In this document: one piece after another, positions 28,316 through 37,946 of the stretch
Layout: every line of letters begins with the position of its first letter
Position numbering within the stretch: position 1 is the stretch's first letter
Assembly: GCA_963834385.1 (NCBI GenBank)
Contig: CAWIBO010000002.1
Span: 928,001-992,000, forward strand
Length of the DNA stretch: 64,000 nucleotides
Direction of reading: 5' to 3'
Source: an uncultured Verrucomicrobiae bacterium
GTDB taxonomy: Bacteria; Verrucomicrobiota; Verrucomicrobiia; Chthoniobacterales; UBA10450
Notes under the pieces: model-generated
What the model saw: only the letters and a program-made list of their open reading frames with translations
Database searches by the model: none
Told to the model about the DNA's origin: nothing
Made by a program: the position numbers and the translations under genes

Positions 28316-30088
28316 TTACGAAGGCGAAGGGACGCCGATGCTGCGGCCAGCGGCGGATTCCGTGTGCTGGATCTGCATCCCGACGATGCAAACGTCGTCC
28401 GAGAAATTTTCGCTCTGCGAATACCTGCGGATGTCAGTCACGACCTGCTCGAAAAACTGTTCGGGCGGCAGCGCCGCGTGGCGCGCCACCGTGACTTCGA
28501 GTTGCGCCTCGTCGAACGAGGCTCCCGTGGCATTTTCCACCTCAAAAAGTCCGTCGGTGAAAAGCATCACAAGGTCGCCCGTGGCCATGGGCCGGGTGCA
28601 GGTGGCGTAGGAAGCGCCGGCAAAGATTCCCATGGCCGGCCCGCGGGCGTCCTTGCCCTCGAGCCGTTCCACGAGCGAACGGCTCCGGCGAAGATGGAGC
28701 GCGGTCGGATGCCCGGCATTGGCAAAATGAAGCTGGCCCCGCTCGACGTCGGCCACGACATAAAAACAGGTCGCGAACATGGTCGTGCCGGCCTGCTTAA
28801 AAATCACCGCGAGCGCCTTGTTAATCCGGGTCAGCAGCCTGCCCGGGTCGTGGGCCAGCTCGGAATGCTCGTCGATCAGGCCCCGGATCATCCCGGTAAC
28901 AAGAGCGGAACGCACCCCGTGCCCCATGACATCGCAGATCAGAACGCCGGCGGCATTTCGGCCCACAGGAAAAATGCTGAAGAAATCGCCACTGACATCA
29001 CCCGTGGGGAAATAGAGACTGACAAAGCGCAGGGCGCTCTGGTCAGGCGCGGCCCCGGGGGGAATGCCGGGGAATTGCTGGGGCAGGAGCGCGACCTGGA
29101 GTTCACGCGCCATCTGCAGTTCCTCCTCCATTTGCCGATTCTTTTCGCGCAACTCCTGGGTGCGTTCGGCCACGCGCTGTTCGAGTTGCGCGTTAAGCGC
29201 GATCAACTCCGCCTGGGCGGCGTTGCGCGCCGCCTCGGCCCGGTCAATGCGGTCGCCCACCAGGCGCGAGACCTGGGTGACGATGGCGGTGAAGACGAAA
29301 ACAAAGGCGAGCGCGCTGAGGGCTGAGTAGAGGGCCGGGTTGACCCGGAGCCGTTCCATCACGGAAACACCGATCCACCCGCTGAGGAGGGTCACGGCGA
29401 TGACGACCGGAATGAAAGCGCGCAAAAGCAGCGCGCTGGTGGAATCGCCCAGGAACCGGCGCAATGGCCAGGCCCATGGGCCGGCCGCCCCGACCAAGGC
29501 GAGACCGCAAAGAAAAAACCCGCACGCGGTTGAGAGGGCGACTGGAATGATGGTGCCGCCATAAAGAAGCGGGGTCCCGTACCAATAACCGACCAGGACA
29601 ACCGCGCTGATGACGACGGTAAGCGCACCCAGGATACCCGCTGATCGCCGGACGGCCGGAAGGGTGAGCGCCAGCAGACCAAATCCGCTGAAAAGAAACG
29701 TCAGCGCCGTCATCGGCGCCATCCGACCGGTGGGCACGGCGCCGAACATCTCCGGGTTTCGCACAAACCACGCGTCGATCCCGAAGTGATAACCGCCCAT
29801 GAACTCAATCAGCTTGGTCAGCCCGACAACCAACACGGCGCTGGCGAGCAATCGTGGAAAGAGCCGGGGAGTGATCCCGCGTGCAAAAAGAATCAGCCCG
29901 ACCCCGAGGAGGGTGAAGCAAAGCGCGGTGCTCGGCGCCATCGGGATGTAACGGGCGCGCACGCTCGCCAGCAGGGGCAGCCCCGAGATCCAGCCGATAA
30001 AAGTCAGGCAGGCAAAAACGAGCGTGAGCGAAGCACACCCCAGGGCGATGCTGCGATACCAGCCTCTGGGTGCCGTCTCGTCGGGCAT
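28316..30088 (-). CDS. Membrane-bound SpoIIE/PP2C-type phosphatase
   Basis: N-terminal TMs, coiled coil, ARELQ, SGDFF, CDVMGHG, NAGH, FTDGLFE, DD motifs. Confidence 0.9.
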   Translation of the reverse strand: MPDETAPRGWYRSIALGCASLTLVFACLTFIGWISGLPLLASVRARYIPMAPSTALCFTLLGVGLILFARGITPRLFPRLLASAVLVVGLTKLIEFMGGYHFGIDAWFVRNPEMFGAVPTGRMAPMTALTFLFSGFGLLALTLPAVRRSAGILGALTVVISAVVLVGYWYGTPLLYGGTIIPVALSTACGFFLCGLALVGAAGPWAWPLRRFLGDSTSALLLRAFIPVVIAVTLLSGWIGVSVMERLRVNPALYSALSALAFVFVFTAIVTQVSRLVGDRIDRAEAARNAAQAELIALNAQLEQRVAERTQELREKNRQMEEELQMARELQVALLPQQFPGIPPGAAPDQSALRFVSLYFPTGDVSGDFFSIFPVGRNAAGVLICDVMGHGVRSALVTGMIRGLIDEHSELAHDPGRLLTRINKALAVIFKQAGTTMFATCFYVVADVERGQLHFANAGHPTALHLRRSRSLVERLEGKDARGPAMGIFAGASYATCTRPMATGDLVMLFTDGLFEVENATGASFDEAQLEVTVARHAALPPEQFFEQVVTDIRRYSQSENFSDDVCIVGMQIQHTESAAGRSIGVPSPS

Positions 30089-30193
30089 GGCCCAGTGTCG
30101 GCCAATCCCGGATTCTGTCCAAATCTAACGCACCCGGCCAGGAAGGACCCTCTCCCGCGTTTCAAAAGTGTGAAGAACAGCGGTCTGAAGGGA

Positions 30194-30844
30194 ATGGCAG
30201 CGGCCCGCAGAAAGTTTCTGCGTTATTTTCCCGGGGGTTTTCGCGATGAGACCTACCTCGACTGGGAACGCGGCTACAAATGGGAGAGCCACGAACGCTG
30301 GGAGGAGGCGCTCGGGCGCGACACGTTCCGGCGGCTCCTCGCCGAGGGGAAACATGGGGAGATCGCAGCGCGCGCCGTGCGCACCGAACAACGCGCGCGG
30401 CACAGCATGATCTTTTCCTTCGAGAAAATGGCGCTGCGCGACGCCGTGAAACCAGCCGCCGGGGCCCGGCTTTTCGCCACCGGTCTCTACGAGTTTTTGC
30501 ATGGTCGCGGGGACGAGGAAAGCCGGTTCACCGCCTGGGTGGAGACGGTGGCCCGCCTGCCCCGCCGCCAGACACGCGTGCTGACCTGGCCGCTTGTCAC
30601 GGTCTGGGGTTTCCTGGCCCAGCCTGACCGGCATTTCTTTCTGAAGCCAAACGTGACCCGGGCGGCGGCGCGGGCCTGCGGCTTCGCCCTGGATTACCGT
30701 TCCCGCCCGAACTGGGCCACCTACGCGAGCCTGCTCGATTTTGCCCGCCGGCTCCGAAGCGATCTGCGGGATTTGCGGCCGCGTGACATGATCGATCTGC
30801 AATCCTTCGCCTGGGTGCAGGGATCGGACGAATATCCCGGCTAA
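30194..30844 (+). CDS. Conserved-looking hypothetical protein
   Basis: Ordered globular sequence (FPGGF.D..Y..WER.YK, TWPLVT, FLKP.VT, PRDMIDLQSF.WV) with host codon bias. Confidence 0.75.
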   Translation: MAAARRKFLRYFPGGFRDETYLDWERGYKWESHERWEEALGRDTFRRLLAEGKHGEIAARAVRTEQRARHSMIFSFEKMALRDAVKPAAGARLFATGLYEFLHGRGDEESRFTAWVETVARLPRRQTRVLTWPLVTVWGFLAQPDRHFFLKPNVTRAAARACGFALDYRSRPNWATYASLLDFARRLRSDLRDLRPRDMIDLQSFAWVQGSDEYPG

Positions 30845-31611
30845 AGAAGTTTCCCGGCCACCTCGGCGAGCGATCGGCCGGAAACATCCGGCTGGCGCAT
30901 GGCGGGCGAGACGCGCGGTTGTTTGCGCGCGAGATAACCGGTCTTCAGGCCGGCGCCGGCCGCCCCGGCAATGTCCCAGCCGTGGGCCGCGATAAGGGCC
31001 AGCTCGCCGGGCGAGACCGCAAGTGTCCTGGCGGCGTGGTGATAAACGGCCGCCGCCGGCTTCCATTGTTTCACCTCGTCGATGGCAATGAACTTCTCGA
31101 TCGCTTCCTCGATCCCGGCGTTCCGAAACATCTGGCGGGTGGTGTCGGCGCTGCCGTTGGTAAGACAGGCCACGCGGACGTTGTTCTTCCGGAGGAACTC
31201 AATTCCTTCCCTCACATCCTCGTGCAACGGCAGGGAGGCAAAGGCGCTGATGACCTTTTGCATCGTTTCCGGCACCGCGGGCAGATTGTTCTCCAGTAAA
31301 AGCACCTCCAGCGTCCCGGTGGCGATCTCGCCAAACGGTCGGTAGGTGCCGATGACCTGCAAAGCGAAAGCATCGCGCAAAACGCGCGGGAACCAGACCT
31401 GAAGAGAACCCTCCGGCAAACCCAGCGCCTGCAGCTTCTGCTCAAGCGGCGTGATGTCGAAAAGAGTCTCGATGACGTCGAGAACAACGGCTTTGGTTTT
31501 CATAGGTTCGGTTTTGGGAGAGGCGGCGAAGACCGGGCGAGGCGAGATGATCAGGCTGCCGCCGGCGAGGGCGAGGAGGCGAAGATATTTTCGGCGAGTC
31601 AGGCGCAACAT
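30841..31611 (-). CDS. Haloacid dehalogenase type II-like HAD hydrolase with possible Tat signal
   Basis: DVIETLFD, LTNG, WKP..AVY, AAHGWDIAGA motifs; N-terminal TRRKYL followed by a hydrophobic stretch. Confidence 0.82.
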   Translation of the reverse strand: MLRLTRRKYLRLLALAGGSLIISPRPVFAASPKTEPMKTKAVVLDVIETLFDITPLEQKLQALGLPEGSLQVWFPRVLRDAFALQVIGTYRPFGEIATGTLEVLLLENNLPAVPETMQKVISAFASLPLHEDVREGIEFLRKNNVRVACLTNGSADTTRQMFRNAGIEEAIEKFIAIDEVKQWKPAAAVYHHAARTLAVSPGELALIAAHGWDIAGAAGAGLKTGYLARKQPRVSPAMRQPDVSGRSLAEVAGKLL

Positions 31612-31707
31612 GACAGAAAGGTAATCGTGGATGGCCGGGGAGACGTTTGCATCCATGACCACGTCCCCGGACGTTTCATGGGAGAGTCAGCGAAAGGAAA
31701 ATCTCTT

Positions 31708-32068
31708 ATGTCGAAATCAGCTTTTGTCATCCTGGCGGCGGGCGATACGCCGGAAAGCCTAGGCCGTGTCGTAAACGCTTTCATGGCAGCCTATGAGTAC
31801 GCCCAGGAAAGCGGCGGCGAAGCGAAGATCATCTTCGACGGGGCCGGGACCATGGCCGCGGCGGCCTTCGCAAAGAAGGACCACAAATATCAATGATCTC
31901 TTCGAGAAGGTGCGCGGACAGATCGAGGGCGCCTGCAGCTACTGCGCGAACGCGTATGAAGTGACTGACAAGGTGAAGGAGGCAAAGATCCCCCTCATCG
32001 ATGAGTTCAAGGGACATCCCAGCTTCAAACAGCTGATCGACGCCGGTTATCAGGTCATGGTCTTTTAG
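31708..32068 (+). CDS. DsrE-like protein (apparent +1 frameshift at about 31891)
   Basis: GRVVNA...IIFDGAGT in one frame; GACSYCANAY...GHPS..LI..GYQV in the next frame. Confidence 0.75.
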
Positions 32069-32892
32069 GAGCCGCTGAGGATCCAGAAACCCCAGCCGGT
32101 CAGGAGAAGGCCGGTCAGCGGCCGAAGCCAGCGCAGGCGCGGCATCATTTTTTCCGCCGCGACCAGGAGCGTCAGCGCGGCGATCCAGAGGACGTTCATC
32201 ACGCCGAGGACAAAGAGGAGCGCCATCAGGGCCCAGCAGCAGCCGGCACAATACGCGCCGTGGCGCAGGCCCATGGCGAAAGCGCCGGCCCGTCCTTCCC
32301 GCCAGCCGCTCATGATGAATTCGAGCGGGCCCTGGCAACGCACCAGACAAGCCCGCTTCCAGGGCGTGAATTGAAACAGGCCAGCAGCGAGGACGAGCGC
32401 ACCGCCAAAGAATGCGCTGTTGCTCGCCATCCCCGGTGAAAGCAGGGCGGCGCGGTGCAGAAACCATTGGGCAACCGCCGCCGCCAGGCTGAAAACGCTC
32501 CAGACCACGACGTAGCCCGCGGCGAAAACCGCCGCGCCGGCGCAGGCCCGGGCCGCTGCCCGCCGTTTTCGCGCCACCGCGGCAAAGGTCAAAATCATCG
32601 GGGCAGCGCTCGGCAGCATCATCGCCACCATCATGACCGTCCACATGAAGAAGAGAGGCAGGAGGGTGGTGGCCGGCCACGCTTGAAGTTCGGGCCCGCC
32701 CATCTTCATGCCGAGACAGGCGCAGACGCCGGACACATCCATGCGGCGCGCCTCGTAGGCGGTGTAGATCCAGGCGGCCCCGGCGGAAAGGCCAAGGGCG
32801 AGACCGATCAAAAGCCGGTCGCGCCGGCAAAGCGCAGCCACCGCGTCCATCAGGCCGGATTCTTCAGTTGTGGTAGCGGATGCGGGCGACAA
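32065..32892 (-). CDS. DUF2182 predicted metal-binding membrane protein
   Basis: WTVMMVAMMLPS, QFTPWKRACL..C..P, G.YCAGCCWALM, GVMN motifs. Confidence 0.9.
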   Translation of the reverse strand: MSPASATTTEESGLMDAVAALCRRDRLLIGLALGLSAGAAWIYTAYEARRMDVSGVCACLGMKMGGPELQAWPATTLLPLFFMWTVMMVAMMLPSAAPMILTFAAVARKRRAAARACAGAAVFAAGYVVVWSVFSLAAAVAQWFLHRAALLSPGMASNSAFFGGALVLAAGLFQFTPWKRACLVRCQGPLEFIMSGWREGRAGAFAMGLRHGAYCAGCCWALMALLFVLGVMNVLWIAALTLLVAAEKMMPRLRWLRPLTGLLLTGWGFWILSGS

Positions 32893-33472
32893 ACCCGGCC
32901 TTGTCCGGATAGGAAAAGGTCATCTGATCGACCGCCACCGCCCCTTCCCGGGCGGAGAGCGCCTCGGCCGTCTGGAAAATGAATCCGGTGCCGTGGTTCA
33001 CCGCCACCTGCTCCGGTTCCTTCGTCACCGGATTCCGGATCGGCTCGAGTGATATCTTGAACTGCTCGCCGCCCACCCGGACAGAACTGCGGGCGCCGTC
33101 CATCTTGAAGGTGAAGGGAACGAACTTCGGCTCGAGCAGCGTGGTGAAGGTGCCGGCAAGGATCTCAAAGGGAAGCCCGCCCGCTTCGCCGCTGCCGATG
33201 CTGATCAGCGCCTGCCGCTGTTCCGGCGAGGCCTTTTCGTCAATGAACAAACAGACGGTCCCGTTTCCCTCGTGGATCGCGCCCGGCCATTTGGCCGCGA
33301 AACCAAGCCCCAGGCCATCGAGCGAAACCCCGTCGTATTCGCCGCGTTCGATGCGCCAGGCTCCCATGCCTTCACAAAAACCTGGCGTGGGCGGCGCGGA
33401 AAACTCGCAGGGGCAGCCGTAGTCGCAATTGCAGGCCTGAAGGTAGTCAGCCTCGAAAGACCACTTCTTCAC
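32864..33472 (-). CDS. DUF1326 cysteine-rich protein
   Basis: ACNCDYGCPCEF..PT.G.C, I..G.Y.GV.L.GL, PG..HEGN, IDE.A..EQR.AL motifs; GTG start. Confidence 0.88.
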   Translation of the reverse strand: MKKWSFEADYLQACNCDYGCPCEFSAPPTPGFCEGMGAWRIERGEYDGVSLDGLGLGFAAKWPGAIHEGNGTVCLFIDEKASPEQRQALISIGSGEAGGLPFEILAGTFTTLLEPKFVPFTFKMDGARSSVRVGGEQFKISLEPIRNPVTKEPEQVAVNHGTGFIFQTAEALSAREGAVAVDQMTFSYPDKAGFVARIRYHN

Positions 33473-33527
33473 CCGGAAAGTCTGCCTCCGGGCCGGGGAC
33501 GGAGTCAAGAATCCTCTCCGCTCCAGA

Positions 33528-34973
33528 TTAGAAAAGCGCGGTGATGATCCGGGAGACAAGCCGGTCCGGGAGCAGCCCGAGGAAAAGAACAAACCCGGCC
33601 AGGATCGAAATGGTGACCCGCGGCAGGAAAGCCGGCGCTGCCCCCGGGGCTGGCAGGGGCGCGTCGCTGACCAGCACAAGTTTCATGACCACCAAATAAT
33701 AATAGAGGGAAACAAGGCTCCCCAGGAGGGCGAGGGCGACCAGCCAGAGCAGCCCATGGTCCGGTCCGGCGGCCAGGGCCGCGCTGAACAGATAAAACTT
33801 CCCGAAAAAGCCGGCCAGGGGCGGCAGCCCGGCGAGCGAGAGGAGGAAAAAACAGAAACACCCGGCAAGCAGCGGCGAACGCGCGCGCAGGCCAGCGAAA
33901 TTGTCGAGATCGTCGCCCCCGGTCTCGTGTCGGACGAGGGCGATCACGCCAAACGCACCCACAAGGGTGAAGGCATAGATCGTGGTGTAGAACAGGGTGG
34001 AGGCAAAGCCGTCGCGCCCCGCCACCAACCCGAGCAGGGCGTAACCGGCATGGGCCACCGCGGAATAGCCCAGAAGCCGGCGCACATTTTTTTGGGCCAG
34101 CGCCACGAGGTTGCCCACGATAATGGAGGCGGCCGCGAGCAGCGCCAGCAGCGGAGCCCAACCCGGGGCAAAACTTCCCCACTCCGCGTTTCCAATCGCC
34201 GGGCCGAAGGCGGTAAGCACAAGTTTTCCCAGGACGACAAACGCGGCCACCTTGGAGCCGGAGGCAATGAAGGCGGCGGCCGGCACCGGCGCGCCCTGGT
34301 AGGTATCAGCCACCCAGAGATGGAAAGGGGCGGCCGCGATCTTGAAGGCGAACCCGATCAGCGTCATGAGCAGGCCGACGGCAAGAAGCGGGGCCGGCGT
34401 TTCCGTAAATCGGCTGGCGATGGCGTCGAAGCCGGTGCTGCCGGTCATGCCGTAAACCAGGCTGAGGCCAAAGAGGGTGAAGGCGCTGGCGGTGCTGCCA
34501 AAAAGGAAATACTTCAACCCGGCCTCCGCGGAATGGCGGTCGCGCTTGTCGAACGCCGTCATGAGATAGAGGGCGAGGCCGGTCAGCTCGAGGCCGATGA
34601 AGACCATGAGCAATTCCTCGCTTCCGACGAGCAGAAGGAGACCGATTGTTCCCAGCAAAATGAGCGCGAGGAACTCCGCCTGGTTGCGCGGCACCTCCTC
34701 GTCGCGAGCCATGACCACGGTAAAAAGCGCCAGCGCGAGACAGATAACCTTGAACAAGGAAACCAGCGGACTGAGCACGAGCATGCCGCCAAAAAGAACC
34801 GCCTCTTCGGGGAGCCGCCCGACAGCGTAGGCGGCGGCCACAATTCCGAGGGCCGCGAGCGGCGGGGTAAAGGCCGCCCCCCGCGGCCCGGCCAGGCCGA
34901 GCGACAGGACAAGCACGGCAGCCAGGGCCAGGATGGCTTCCGGGGCCGCGAGCAGCAGCAGTTCTAGATACAT
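33528..34973 (-). CDS. nuoN: NADH-quinone oxidoreductase subunit N
   Basis: EAGLKYFLFGS, FKIAAAPFHLW..D.YQGAP, RLLGYSAVAHAGY, SLAGLPPLAGFFGK motifs. Confidence 0.95.
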   Translation of the reverse strand: MYLELLLLAAPEAILALAAVLVLSLGLAGPRGAAFTPPLAALGIVAAAYAVGRLPEEAVLFGGMLVLSPLVSLFKVICLALALFTVVMARDEEVPRNQAEFLALILLGTIGLLLLVGSEELLMVFIGLELTGLALYLMTAFDKRDRHSAEAGLKYFLFGSTASAFTLFGLSLVYGMTGSTGFDAIASRFTETPAPLLAVGLLMTLIGFAFKIAAAPFHLWVADTYQGAPVPAAAFIASGSKVAAFVVLGKLVLTAFGPAIGNAEWGSFAPGWAPLLALLAAASIIVGNLVALAQKNVRRLLGYSAVAHAGYALLGLVAGRDGFASTLFYTTIYAFTLVGAFGVIALVRHETGGDDLDNFAGLRARSPLLAGCFCFFLLSLAGLPPLAGFFGKFYLFSAALAAGPDHGLLWLVALALLGSLVSLYYYLVVMKLVLVSDAPLPAPGAAPAFLPRVTISILAGFVLFLGLLPDRLVSRIITALF

Positions 34974-35001
34974 GAAAGGGAAATGGTGGCGATCACGGGG
35001 T

Positions 35002-36475
35002 TCATGCGCCGGGTCGGAACAGGTTCATCGCCTCGAGAGCGGGCATGACGCGGTCAAAAAGGAATTTTGGGTAAAGACCGGCGGCGAGCGTGCCGAGCAG
35101 GAGGATGATCGTCCCGATTTTTTCCGGGAAACTCACGGGAGAAAAGGCGGGAGCCGCGGTGTTCTCCTCAACGGTCTCGCGGCTGAAGAAGGAAAGTTTG
35201 AGCGCACGCAGGGTAAACGCCGCCACCAGCACCATGCCGGCGCCGGTCAGGCCGACGGCGACGGGATAATTCTGCCATGCGCCCAGCAGGATGGTGATCT
35301 CGGCGGCAAACCCGCTGAATCCCGGAATGCCCATGGAAGCGGCGGAAGCGGCGGCAAAGGCAAAGGCGAGAAAAGGCAACTGGCGCGCAAGCGGGAGCCG
35401 GGCCAGCTCCGCAAGGTCCCGGGTGTGCGTGCGCCGGTAAATGGCGCCGGCCAAAGCGAAAAGGAGCGCGCCGATGATTCCATGCGAGAACATCTGGAGG
35501 ACGGCGCCGCCTGCGCCGAGCGCGGTGGCCGAGCCGAGTCCAAGCAGGACAAAGCCCATGTGGCTGACGCTCGAATAGCCGATGACGAATTTAAGGTCAC
35601 GCTGGCGGAGAGCCACCGCCGCGGCATAGACAATGCCCAGGACGCCGAGGAAGACGATGGCGTCCCGCCAGGCGTGATAACCCGCCGGGAGCAGGTTCAT
35701 CGCCACCCGCAGCGCGCCGTAGGCCCCGAGCTTCATGACAATTCCGGCCAGGAGCATGGAGCCCGCGGTCGGCGCGGCCACGTGGCCGGTCGGCGCCCAG
35801 GTGTGCAGCGGCCAGATGCCGGCGAGGATGGCAAAGCCGAGGAACAGCACCGGGAAAACCCATGTCTGCACCTCGGTTGCGATCGGATAGCGAGCCAGTT
35901 GCGAAAGATCGAGCGCCGTGGACACGCTCTCTTTTCCCGCGGTGACGTAGATCGCCATGAGGCCGATCATGACGAGCGCGCCTCCGAGAAAGGAATAAAG
36001 CGTCAGTTTCATGGCGCCGTATTCGCGGTTGGTTGAGCCCCAGATCGCGATCAGGAAAAATTTGGGGATGATCACGACCTCGTAGAAGAGGAAGAAAAGG
36101 AAAAGATCGGCGCTCAGGAAAACGCCAAAGGACCCGCCCACCACAAGCAACAGCCAGAAGAAAAACTCGTTCTGGCGCCTGTCCGTTTCCCAGGAAAAGA
36201 GCACGGCGCAGGCGGCCGTGAGCCCGGTGACGAGACAGAGGGTCAGGCTGATGCCGTCCGCCGCGAGATGATATTCCATCCCGAGCGACGGCACCCATTC
36301 GAGGCGCGTGATCGTTTGGAAAAGACCGGGCTTGTCCCGGCCGAAGAACGCCAGGAGCGAGATGCACGGCGCCGGCGCCGGTGACGAGCAGGGCGATCCA
36401 GCGGGCCCAGAGGCGCGGCAAAAGCAGGGCGGCCAGCGCCCCGGCAAAGGAAAGATAGATCGTCCAGGCAATCAT
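35002..36475 (-). CDS. nuoM: NADH-quinone oxidoreductase subunit M, second copy (apparent +1 frameshift at about 36367)
   Basis: Y.L..DGIS, FYE..IIP, PLHTWAP.GH..APTAGS, KLGAYG, YSSVSHMG, SHG motifs; the N-terminal TM from ATG 36475 is in another frame. Confidence 0.9.
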
Positions 36476-36479
36476 GCGT

Positions 36480-37946
36480 TCAGGTCAGGATCCGCGCGAG
36501 GTGCACCACGGCGGCGTTGAAAATGTTCAGGAGAAACTGCGGCGCGAGACCGATGGCGAACATGAGCAGGGTCACCGGCGCCACCACCGCCATTTCCCCG
36601 CGGCGCATTTCGGGAAAGGTCTCCGCGCCTGCCGGGACCGGCCCGCTGAAGAGCGCCTGCATCGCGCGCAGAAACACCACCGCGGTAATGAGAAGGCCAA
36701 AGGCCGCGGTCGCGGCGAAGGGCGCAGCCAGGGCAAAGGTTCCCTTGAAGATCAAAAATTCACCGATAAACCCGTTCAACCCGGGCAGACCGAGCGAGGA
36801 AAACATGGCTACGCTCATCCAGCCCGAAAAAATCGGTGCGCGCTGCATCAGCCCGCCGAAATCAGCGAGACCGCGCCGGCCGCGGCGTTGCTCGAGCAGT
36901 CCCACATAATAGAAGAGCGCGGCGGCGGTGATGCCGTGGCTCGCCATCTGCACGAGCACGCCGCTCAAGGCGGCCTGGCTTTCCGCGGCCAACCCGGCCC
37001 CGGCCGCGCCCACGGCGAAAAGAGCCAGCAGACAGTACCCCAGATGGTTGATCGAAAGGTAGGCCACCATTCGCTTGAGGTCGGTCTGCGCCCACGCTGC
37101 CAGCGACGCGAAGAGGATCGAGCAGACCGCCAGCCCCATCAGCCAGGGCCCGAGCGCCTGGATCTGGCTGGGAAAAAGCGGCAACAGCAGACGGATGAAC
37201 CCGTAGACCCCCATCTTCGAAAGCGCGCCGGTCAACACCATCGCCACACCGGTGGGCGCGGCGGCGTAGGCGTCGGGCAGCCAGGTGTGAAACGGAAAAA
37301 TCGGCACCTTGACCGCGAGTCCCAGGAAAATGCCGGCGAAGATGAACCACGTTTCAGGACCTTCGAGCAGACCGCTCCGGCCAAGCGCCGGCAGCGCCGC
37401 AAACTCGAAGGTGCCGCCGACATAATACACCCCGAGAAAGCCGAGGAGCATGGCGATGCTCCCAAGAAAAGTGTAGAGAAAGAACCGGGTCGACGCGCGC
37501 TCGCTGGCTTCCCCACCCCAGAGGCGGATGAGCAGAAACGACGGGAGCAAACTCAGTTCGTAGAAAAGAAACCAGAGCACGAAATTCTGGGCGGTGAACG
37601 TCCCGTAGAGGCCGGCCTGGAGCAGGAGCATGAGGGAGAAAAAACCGCGGGAGCCCTGGTGGTGCGCGCAGAGCGCAAACGGCAGGATCACCGTGGTGAG
37701 CAGGACCAGCAGGAGGCTGAGGCCGTCGAGCCCGAGGAGGTACTCGGCGCCGAGCGACGGGATCCAGGGGCGGCGTTCGACCAGTTGCAAACCCACCACG
37801 TCCGGAACGAACCGGGCGCAAAGACCGGCGACGAGGGCCACGCAGCCCGCCTGGACAAGGAACGTCGCCAGCCGTGCCCGCGCGGCCGGGAGCAGCGCGA
37901 TCCCAATCGCGCCGAGCAGCGGAAGAAGAATAAGCGCGGTAATCAT
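36480..37946 (-). CDS. nuoM: NADH-quinone oxidoreductase subunit M, first copy
   Basis: LGLDGLS, FYE..LLP, KVPIFPFHTWLPDAY..APT, KMGVYG, SHG, GLPGLNGFIGEF motifs; ATGA overlap with nuoL. Confidence 0.93.
   Translation of the reverse strand: MITALILLPLLGAIGIALLPAARARLATFLVQAGCVALVAGLCARFVPDVVGLQLVERRPWIPSLGAEYLLGLDGLSLLLVLLTTVILPFALCAHHQGSRGFFSLMLLLQAGLYGTFTAQNFVLWFLFYELSLLPSFLLIRLWGGEASERASTRFFLYTFLGSIAMLLGFLGVYYVGGTFEFAALPALGRSGLLEGPETWFIFAGIFLGLAVKVPIFPFHTWLPDAYAAAPTGVAMVLTGALSKMGVYGFIRLLLPLFPSQIQALGPWLMGLAVCSILFASLAAWAQTDLKRMVAYLSINHLGYCLLALFAVGAAGAGLAAESQAALSGVLVQMASHGITAAALFYYVGLLEQRRGRRGLADFGGLMQRAPIFSGWMSVAMFSSLGLPGLNGFIGEFLIFKGTFALAAPFAATAAFGLLITAVVFLRAMQALFSGPVPAGAETFPEMRRGEMAVVAPVTLLMFAIGLAPQFLLNIFNAAVVHLARILT

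Noticed and set aside
31894..31896. Selenocysteine or readthrough at the TGA in the DsrE-like gene
   Set aside because: The homologous C-terminal half is in a different frame, and in-frame readthrough gives unrelated sequence.
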